Positions 57,802 through 64,000 of a stretch of 64,000 bases of DNA are shown here, one piece after another (positions within the stretch are counted from its first letter, which is position 1; each line of letters opens with the position of its first letter). The translations under genes were made by a program, and so were the position numbers. This stretch comes from Thermoplasmata archaeon (GTDB lineage Archaea > Thermoplasmatota > Thermoplasmata > Thermoplasmatales > Thermoplasmataceae), in NCBI GenBank assembly GCA_021803655.1, contig JAJZLK010000023.1, positions 292 to 64,291 of the forward strand. Direction: 5' to 3'. The notes under the pieces are model-generated. The model did not search any database. It was not told the origin of the DNA and saw only the letters and a list, made by a program, of their open reading frames with translations.

Positions 57802-59049
57802 ATGACCACAAAAGGATTGGTCCTTGGAATAACTCTCCTGGCAATCGTTGGTTTTTCTGGAATCTATGTCCCTGCAGCAGTGGATCATGGATTCGCGATT
57901 CCGGAGACAATAGCAGTGCACAACAGCAACCCATGGTTTCTGAAGGATAATGGCAAGACGGGGGCAGCATCCTCATCTCCGACCACTTATCCAGGTTACA
58001 TCCCTATACAGATCTGGGATGCATATCAGTACACTTCAAACGGCGTATATAACACGAGCTTCGGGTCTGGCGAAACCATAGCCATTATTGATGCTTATGG
58101 AAGTCCAACCATATCGTCTGATGTGAATACTTTTGATCAGCAGTTTGGACTGCCCGCTATCAATCTCCAGATAGTGCAGCCATTCGGCAAGGTTTCAAGA
58201 AACTCGGGATGGGCGCTGGAAACATCTCTTGATGTAGAGTGGGCGCACGCAATGGCACCAGCAGCGAAAATAGTCCTTATTGAAACACCTTCAGCATCAA
58301 ACACCTATCTCATCAATGACGCTGTTAATTATGCATACAACACGACCCACGCAAACGTAGTTTCCATGTCATGGGGAGAAGCAGAGAGCCAGGTAAGTGC
58401 TTCCAGCCTTGCACAGTTCCACTCAATATTCTCATACGTTGCAAGCCATGGAGTGATCTTGATGGGTGCTTCTGGTGACAATGGAGCAAAGGACGGCACA
58501 TCCTCTCCAACGGTAGATTATCCCGCTGCTGACCCTGCAGTTGTTGGTGCAGGAGGAACTACCCTCGTAATCAACAACCCAACCTCAAGCGGCGGAAGCT
58601 GGGGCACGGAATATGCATGGAACAGTTCCGGTGGAGGTGTCAGCGCATACTTCTCTGAACCCTCATACCAGTCAAGTGCCGGAATCTCCCTGAGCGGAAG
58701 GGGAGTACCTGACGTATCCTATGACGCAAACCCAAACACAGGAGTATGGGTCTATGATTCCACAGTATACCAGGGACTCAAGGGATGGATACAGGTTGGC
58801 GGTACTAGCGCAGCTGCGCCACAGTGGGCAGCCATATTCGCTGACGCACAGGCAATACAGGGATACTCCTCCATAAACGGTGGCAACGTTCACCAGCTCC
58901 TGTACAGTATCTATAACAGCAACAACTATGGGACTGCATTCCACGACATAACCGTGGGATACAACGGCGCATACTCTGCCGGAACCGGTTACGACGAAGT
59001 AACAGGCATAGGAAGCCCGATAGTTTACCAGCTGATACCCCTTCTGTAA
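57802..59049 (+). CDS. Sedolisin-family (S53) peptidase lacking a recognisable propeptide
   Basis: Signal/anchor MTTKGLVLGITLLAIVGF. Catalytic-domain motifs GETIAIIDAYG, ETSLDVEW, SMSWGE, ASGDNG and GGTSAAAP. The track start at 57784 is the alternative. Confidence 0.8.
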   Translation: MTTKGLVLGITLLAIVGFSGIYVPAAVDHGFAIPETIAVHNSNPWFLKDNGKTGAASSSPTTYPGYIPIQIWDAYQYTSNGVYNTSFGSGETIAIIDAYGSPTISSDVNTFDQQFGLPAINLQIVQPFGKVSRNSGWALETSLDVEWAHAMAPAAKIVLIETPSASNTYLINDAVNYAYNTTHANVVSMSWGEAESQVSASSLAQFHSIFSYVASHGVILMGASGDNGAKDGTSSPTVDYPAADPAVVGAGGTTLVINNPTSSGGSWGTEYAWNSSGGGVSAYFSEPSYQSSAGISLSGRGVPDVSYDANPNTGVWVYDSTVYQGLKGWIQVGGTSAAAPQWAAIFADAQAIQGYSSINGGNVHQLLYSIYNSNNYGTAFHDITVGYNGAYSAGTGYDEVTGIGSPIVYQLIPLL

Positions 59050-59083
59050 GGTCTCCTGACCTTACACCATTTTTATTTTTTTT
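59048..59083 (+). terminator. Hairpin plus oligo-T terminator candidate
   Basis: AAGGTC-tcct-GACCTT (59048..59063) overlaps the TAA stop and is followed by T5-A-T8 (59070..59083). Confidence 0.5.
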
Positions 59084-59147
59084 CAAATCCACACCAGTAA
59101 GGTATTTCATATAATACGCCGGACCAGATTGTATTCTGGCGATAAAC

Positions 59148-59768
59148 ATGACAACGAATGTGTTTGTAGACAATCTGGGAATACAGATCCTGTCCCTGTC
59201 GACGGTTGCTATGCTGGTGCTGTATGTGACAGTGGAGATGTACCTCAGGTACAGGAAAGGAATGAAGAATGTGTATGAAACCGAGGTCCCGGGAACAATG
59301 CCCCTCTTCATACTCGGGCTTTACATAACGCTCTCCGGTTTCTGGGGACAGCTTGCGTGGACTCTGCCCGGATCATACAATATCCTGTTCTACGATCCAT
59401 ATACGATCCTTGGAATCATCATCCTGTCCGGTTCGGTCTCCGTCTTCAGGAAGACCCCGCTTCAATATGTGGGTTTCCTCTCACTGCTTGCGGGATTCGT
59501 GACAATATTCTACGGATACGAGGCATATATCCTCAATATGACCAACTCTCCATTCAACACCATGCTGTTGTATGTCTTCTTTGGAATAGCCGCGATCTTT
59601 GCCTACCCAGTTTCGCTCATCGTCGATCGCGTGGATCGTGGGTCCATGGACAACAAGATCTGGATGGGGTTCCTGGTAATTTTCTGGATCATGCTGCTGG
59701 CTTCTGCCCTGATGGCGGGCTACATCGGGTTTACGGCCATAGGACACCACCTGTTCAAGGCCCCATAA
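59148..59768 (+). CDS. Integral membrane protein (possibly DUF981-like)
   Basis: 206 aa with about 6 TM helices. WTLPGSYNILFYDPY motif. Family assignment is from memory only. Confidence 0.6.
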   Translation: MTTNVFVDNLGIQILSLSTVAMLVLYVTVEMYLRYRKGMKNVYETEVPGTMPLFILGLYITLSGFWGQLAWTLPGSYNILFYDPYTILGIIILSGSVSVFRKTPLQYVGFLSLLAGFVTIFYGYEAYILNMTNSPFNTMLLYVFFGIAAIFAYPVSLIVDRVDRGSMDNKIWMGFLVIFWIMLLASALMAGYIGFTAIGHHLFKAP

Positions 59769-59777
59769 CCATTATTT

Positions 59778-60683
59778 TTGACCCTGCTTTTTGGGTACAT
59801 GGACCAGGAAGGGCTGTACCACAACAGGCAGGGTCACCTTAAACTTGAATCCGGAGACCTCGAGGGGGCACTCAGGGAGTTCACGGAAGCATGCGCAATG
59901 CAGCCTGAAAACCTGGGATTCAGGAACAGCAGGATACATTGCCTGAGATCCATGGGAAAGAAGAAGGAGGCCATGGAGGAGATCGCGGCACTGCTGAGGG
60001 AGAGGCCCGGCAACCAGGAGATCGGGATAATGCTCTTCGAAGCCCAGGAGGAAAACGGGGCGTTATATGAAGCGCTTGCCACTCTGGACAGTCTCATAGA
60101 AAGAGATCCCTTCGATCCGGAACTTCACTGGAGAAAAGGGGAATTCTTTGCAATACACGAGAACATGGGAGGAGCCCTCAGTGAAATCGAGCAGTGTGTC
60201 AGTCTCGACCCGGAAAACCCGAAATACCTCAACGCAAAGTCAGAGATCCTGATCTCCCTCGAAAGGGAGGAAGATGCCATGGAGAACTATGACCGCCTGA
60301 TAAAGATCAACCCCTTCGATCCTGATCCGTACTACCAGATGGGAAACCTGCTGGTCAACATGGGACAGGAATCCAGGGCCGAGGAATACTACAGGAAACT
60401 GGTTGAACTGAGGCCACACCAGATCCACTCATACCAGGTGCTTGCACAGTTCTATGAAACCTTTGACAGGTATGAGGAGGCACTGGGCTGCTACAACTCC
60501 ATGATCACCCTTGATCCCCGCAAATCAAACCTCTATTTTGACCGGGGATCTATATACGAGGGAATGGGAAGATACGCGGAAGCACAGAGGGATTACGAAG
60601 AGGCGCTGAAGCTTGAGCCGGAAAACAGGGAATATTCCCTGAGGCTCCAGTCGCTCGTGCGAAGAATAAGAGGCACCAAATGA
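59778..60683 (+). CDS. Tetratricopeptide-repeat protein
   Basis: 301 aa with about 7 TPR units (for example AEEYYRKLVELRPHQIHSYQVLAQFY and AQRDYEEALKLEPEN). The start may instead be ATG 59799. Confidence 0.8.
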   Translation: MTLLFGYMDQEGLYHNRQGHLKLESGDLEGALREFTEACAMQPENLGFRNSRIHCLRSMGKKKEAMEEIAALLRERPGNQEIGIMLFEAQEENGALYEALATLDSLIERDPFDPELHWRKGEFFAIHENMGGALSEIEQCVSLDPENPKYLNAKSEILISLEREEDAMENYDRLIKINPFDPDPYYQMGNLLVNMGQESRAEEYYRKLVELRPHQIHSYQVLAQFYETFDRYEEALGCYNSMITLDPRKSNLYFDRGSIYEGMGRYAEAQRDYEEALKLEPENREYSLRLQSLVRRIRGTK

Positions 60684-60755
60684 GCATCACCATTCAGGTA
60701 CAGGTTTGATTTTCAAAACCATTGAATATTCCCGGACGATGAACTCATGAACTAA

Positions 60756-61838
60756 ATGAAAACTCCTCTCTATGACAGGCATGTAGCCGGAAACGCAAGG
60801 ATTGTTGACTTTCACGGATGGGATATGCCGCTCTATTACAGCAGCATACTGACCGAGCACATGGCTGTCAGGAAGAATTACGGCTTCTTCGACGTTTCCC
60901 ACATGGGCGACGTGGCCGTGGAAGGAAAGGATGCCGCGCGATTCCTTGATCACATCCTCCCGTCCCGCATTTCTTCCCTGCTCCCGGGAAGAGCAATGTA
61001 CTCTGCCTTTCTGAACGAAGAGGGGAACATAATCGATGATACCATAGTCTACAGGCTTGCGGAAGAGAGATTCTTCTTTGTTCCCAACGCCTCGACGACA
61101 GGGGAGATCATGTCATGGGCAGAGCAGAATTCAGGGGGTTTCGACGTCAGGCTGCGCAACGTCTCTAACGATATTGCATCCATAGCCCTGCAGGGACCGG
61201 AGGCTCACAGGGCGGCTGCAGAGTTCGGCATAACGGAGCCGGAACCATTCACCTTCCACACCGTTGCATCACAATACGAAAATGCAATAACGGGAAAGAA
61301 GGAGACCATAGTTTCCGGCACTGGATATACCGGGGAAAAGGGAATGGAACTGATAATACCTGCCCGGGAAGCAGTCAGCTACTGGGAGAAGCTAGAATCC
61401 CTCACAGGAAAGCTTGGAGGGATTCCATGCGGCCTAGGTTCAAGGGATACTCTCAGGATGGAGAAGGGAATGCTTCTTTCCGGCACAGACTTCGATCATA
61501 ACCGGACTCCATATGAAGCGTCCATAAGCTTCATCGTCAATGCCGATCACGACTTTATCGGCAAGGAGAAACTGATGGCAGGGAAGGAGAAGAAGAGGGA
61601 AATATTCCGCGGGTTCCGGCTCGAGGGAAAGGCTCTTGCAAGGGGAGGAAGCAGGATTATCAGGGACGGGAAGCATGTTGGCACAGTTACCAGCGGAGGC
61701 ATCTCACCGGTTCTTGGAATCCCGATTGCGCTTGGATACATTGACAGGGAATCCTCAAAGGAAAACACCCCCGTGGAGATTGAGATCAGGTCATCAGAAC
61801 ACAGGGCAACCGTATCGCGGCCTAAGCTCGTAAAGTAG
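60756..61838 (+). CDS. gcvT: Glycine cleavage system aminomethyltransferase (T protein)
   Basis: 360 aa. TPLYDRH, GWDMPLYY, FDVSHMG and GYTGEKG. Confidence 0.93.
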   Translation: MKTPLYDRHVAGNARIVDFHGWDMPLYYSSILTEHMAVRKNYGFFDVSHMGDVAVEGKDAARFLDHILPSRISSLLPGRAMYSAFLNEEGNIIDDTIVYRLAEERFFFVPNASTTGEIMSWAEQNSGGFDVRLRNVSNDIASIALQGPEAHRAAAEFGITEPEPFTFHTVASQYENAITGKKETIVSGTGYTGEKGMELIIPAREAVSYWEKLESLTGKLGGIPCGLGSRDTLRMEKGMLLSGTDFDHNRTPYEASISFIVNADHDFIGKEKLMAGKEKKREIFRGFRLEGKALARGGSRIIRDGKHVGTVTSGGISPVLGIPIALGYIDRESSKENTPVEIEIRSSEHRATVSRPKLVK

Positions 61839-61891
61839 CCGGAATGGATTGGCCTGCCCTTGGACCGGCACTGTCCAGCAGGGTCATGAAA

Positions 61892-61901
61892 TTTTTAAAT
61901 A
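61892..61901 (+). promoter_or_regulatory. TATA-box candidate of the hydrogenase-4-like operon
   Basis: TTTTTAAATA lies about 90 nt upstream of ATG 61987. A second candidate, ACTATAAATC, lies at 61905..61914. Confidence 0.4.
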
Positions 61902-61924
61902 GGGACTATAAATCGCCCATCAGG

Positions 61925-61968
61925 TGATGACGTCCACCCGCAACCGCTCACAAGCAGCTGATGACGTC
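61925..61968 (+). promoter_or_regulatory. Two direct copies of TGATGACGTC, candidate operator
   Basis: Identical 10-mers at 61925..61934 and 61959..61968 (34-bp register), each containing the palindrome GACGTC. They lie between the TATA candidates and the start codon. Confidence 0.4.
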
Positions 61969-61986
61969 TGCTGAACTGGTGATCGA

Positions 61987-62934
61987 ATGTCGTGGTTGTG
62001 GGTAGAAACAGTGATCCAACTCTTAGGAGTGCTGATCCTCGCTCCCCTTGTTACGGGGATAATAAACAGGATCAAGGCCGTGTTTGAGTCGCGCAGGGGA
62101 CCAAGCATATTCCAGCCCTATTATGATCTTGCAAAATACCTGAGGAAGGAGATTCTCATTCCTCCCGATTCCACAAGAATTTTCTATCTTGCGCCATTCT
62201 TCGCATTCGGCACATACATCCTGATATCGCTTGTGATTCCCGTGATTCTCCCGTTTCCGGTGTATGTTTCCCCGACCGTGGACTTCCTCGGCGGAGGACT
62301 CCTCTTTGCATTGACCTCCATCCTCCTCATCCTGGGAGCGCTCAATTCCGGCAACAACATCTCCGCCATGGGTGCCAGCAGGTCAGCCACGTTCTCCGCG
62401 TTCGCTGAGCCGACACTCATCATGGTTTTCTTCGCAGTTGCGCTGATCTCCGGCACAAACAACCCGTACGTGACAAATTCCGTCCTTGCAACGTCTTTCA
62501 GCAGCTATCTTGGAATCTATCACCTTCTCTCAATGGCTGCCTTCTTCATGCTTCTCCTCTTTGAGACCGGACAGTTACCACTGGAAAGCCAGTCCAACAT
62601 GGAGCTGGGGATGATCGATGAGGCTCGCGTGTACGAATATTCCGGTCCTCACCTGTTCCTGACAAAATATTCCTCCATGATCAAGCTATACCTCCTCGGC
62701 TCCGTGTTTCTCAACGTATTCGCATTTCCATGGTTCCTGAGGACAGGCCTGCTTGGCTCCCTGGAAGACATACCCATAATGCTTGCAAAATGGGGCATAC
62801 TCATTGCTGCCCTTGTTATCGTGAACGAATCCCTGGGCAAGGTCCGCCTCTTCAAGATACAGGACTTCCTGTCGGTCTCCTTCGCCCTCTCCATCTTCTC
62901 CATACTGACCTTCACCCTTGGAGGGATACAGTGA
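61987..62934 (+). CDS. Hydrogenase-4/formate-hydrogenlyase membrane subunit, HyfC/HycD (NuoH)-like
   Basis: 315 aa. APLVTGIINRIKAVFESRRGPSIFQPYYDLAKYLRKE matches the HyfC/HycD N-terminal signature. Confidence 0.82.
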   Translation: MSWLWVETVIQLLGVLILAPLVTGIINRIKAVFESRRGPSIFQPYYDLAKYLRKEILIPPDSTRIFYLAPFFAFGTYILISLVIPVILPFPVYVSPTVDFLGGGLLFALTSILLILGALNSGNNISAMGASRSATFSAFAEPTLIMVFFAVALISGTNNPYVTNSVLATSFSSYLGIYHLLSMAAFFMLLLFETGQLPLESQSNMELGMIDEARVYEYSGPHLFLTKYSSMIKLYLLGSVFLNVFAFPWFLRTGLLGSLEDIPIMLAKWGILIAALVIVNESLGKVRLFKIQDFLSVSFALSIFSILTFTLGGIQ

Positions 62935-63551
62935 TATTCAGCGAACTGGAAGGAATAATCGGGGTACTGATGCTTGCCTCGACCCTTGTAGTCCAGATAC
63001 GGTCATACATAAGGCCAATGACAAACACCGTCGTTACCCAGTCCATTCTTCTTGCGTCCATAGCGATTATAATAGGGATCAGGGAAAGCTCCATTGACCT
63101 GATAATCCTTGCAATACTCATAATCGTCCTCAGGGGATTCCTGGTGCGGTACGTCCTGAACAGGAGGCTCCCGAAAGCCAGGATGTTTGTGAGGGAATAT
63201 TCGCATGGGGTTGCATCCGTTACCCTTGCAAGCGTCATCGTTCTCATAGCCTCATTCCTGGTCTTCAGGTATGCGTTTTATCCCAGCGTTCACGACCCGC
63301 TGGGAGCCATTGGTCTCTCCATACTCTTCCAGGGTCTCCTCCTGATCTCCACGAGGAGGAACAGCTTTGCCCACTTCATTGGATATGTTGAGGAGGAAAA
63401 CGGCATCATATTCCTGAGCCTCTCAATAATCCCGCTTCCCCTGCTCATAGAGATAAGCGTCCTGCTGGACGTCCTGGCACTGGTCATAGCTGGGACGGTC
63501 CTGGTCACGGATAACGTTGAGCATACGAGAGTTGAGGAGCTGATGGGATGA
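62931..63551 (+). CDS. Hydrogenase-4 membrane subunit HyfE-like
   Basis: 206 aa from GTG 62931, which overlaps the upstream stop as GTGA. IGYVEEENGIIFLSL and LIEISVLLDVL resemble HyfE. The track start at 62730 lies inside the upstream gene. Confidence 0.75.
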   Translation: MIFSELEGIIGVLMLASTLVVQIRSYIRPMTNTVVTQSILLASIAIIIGIRESSIDLIILAILIIVLRGFLVRYVLNRRLPKARMFVREYSHGVASVTLASVIVLIASFLVFRYAFYPSVHDPLGAIGLSILFQGLLLISTRRNSFAHFIGYVEEENGIIFLSLSIIPLPLLIEISVLLDVLALVIAGTVLVTDNVEHTRVEELMG

Positions 63552-64000
63552 ACTACACTCTTCTGATATTAATGTCGATACCTGCCGTTCTCTCCCTCGG
63601 TTATTTCTCACGCCGCTTCAAGGAGGTTACCGTAGCATCGGGGGTCATTACCGTGGCCATTTCCCTCTACATCCTCCTGACCGGCATGCACGATTCCGGG
63701 ACCTTTTTTGTGGACTATCTCTCCAGGTACCTGATTGTGACCATATCCTCGATATACCTTCTCTCGGTCCTGTTCGGGCTTGGATATCACCACAAGATCG
63801 GGGAATCCGCAAACATGAGGCTGCATCTCTCCCTTACCGATCTGTTTGTGTCCACGATGCTCTTCTCCGTCACGATAAACAACTTCGGGCTTCTATGGTT
63901 CGGGATCGAGGCGACAACAGTTTCCAGTGCGCTTCTTCTTGTAATAGAACGGGAACCCCTGAAGATCGAGGCAGCATGGAGATACGTGATCATCGTCTCT
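63548..64000 (+). CDS. Hydrogenase-4 HyfB/HyfF (NuoL/M/N antiporter-like) subunit, N-terminal 151 codons; runs off the window
   Basis: Not in the ORF track (no stop in the window). ATG 63548 overlaps the upstream stop (ATGA). Open to base 64000. NNFGLLWFGIEATTVSSALLLV is the antiporter-like W..E motif. Confidence 0.75.
   Translation, partial: MNYTLLILMSIPAVLSLGYFSRRFKEVTVASGVITVAISLYILLTGMHDSGTFFVDYLSRYLIVTISSIYLLSVLFGLGYHHKIGESANMRLHLSLTDLFVSTMLFSVTINNFGLLWFGIEATTVSSALLLVIEREPLKIEAAWRYVIIVS

Noticed and set aside
62730-62930. Upstream extension of the HyfE-like ORF.
   Set aside because: Lies within the HyfC-like gene in another frame. GTG 62931 overlaps that gene's stop in the usual coupled fashion.

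Overview
This is a gene-dense, about 90% coding, archaeal chromosomal segment. It is most consistent with a Thermoplasmatales-type (wall-less, acidophilic) euryarchaeon; that placement is my inference. It rests on four observations: an A1Ao ATP synthase operon in the order K-E-C-F-A-B-D-(small ORF)-H-I, a proline iminopeptidase very close to my recollection of Thermoplasma tricorn factor F1, glycerol-1-phosphate dehydrogenase, and two S53 acid proteases.

I support about 68 CDS, one intron-containing tRNA-Trp, one pseudogene fragment and a few promoter, operator or terminator candidates. I recognised no rRNA, CRISPR array, transposase or integrase.

Core content:
- Ribosomal proteins S12 and S7, deoxyhypusine synthase and egsA.
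- The complete ATP synthase operon (26.9-35.3 kb).
- The AMMECR1/Memo/radical-SAM triad.
- A cupredoxin-Rieske-cytochrome b operon.
- pdxT and gcvT.
- The start of a group-4-hydrogenase-like (Hyf/Mbh-type) membrane module, which runs off the right edge.

Two real genes are missing from the ORF track because they have no stop in the window: 1..1625 (minus strand) and 63548..64000 (plus strand).

Observations most worth a second look:
- (a) The tRNA-Trp intron is a complete box C/D guide RNA aimed at C34 and C39 of its own precursor.
- (b) A 56-codon membrane micro-ORF is tiled exactly between atpD and atpH.
- (c) A CuA-like cupredoxin without the canonical His ligand heads the Rieske/cytochrome b operon. 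A perfect 9-bp inverted repeat lies upstream of its promoter.
- (d) Two divergent paralogs of an unrecognised ~315-aa family bracket an accessory-looking segment (43.9-47.2 kb). That segment holds a DUF2283/DUF4258 pair, a methyltransferase, a polytopic membrane protein and a decayed ABC ATPase.
- (e) A PF01555-like methyltransferase has permuted motif order and is coupled to an unknown 219-aa ORF.
- (f) Tandem TGATGACGTC boxes lie between the TATA box and the start of the hydrogenase-like operon.

I did not find a clear-cut novel defence or mobile system. All family assignments come from motif recognition by eye, with no BLAST, HMM or RNA-folding runs. Start codons are often uncertain by tens of nucleotides.
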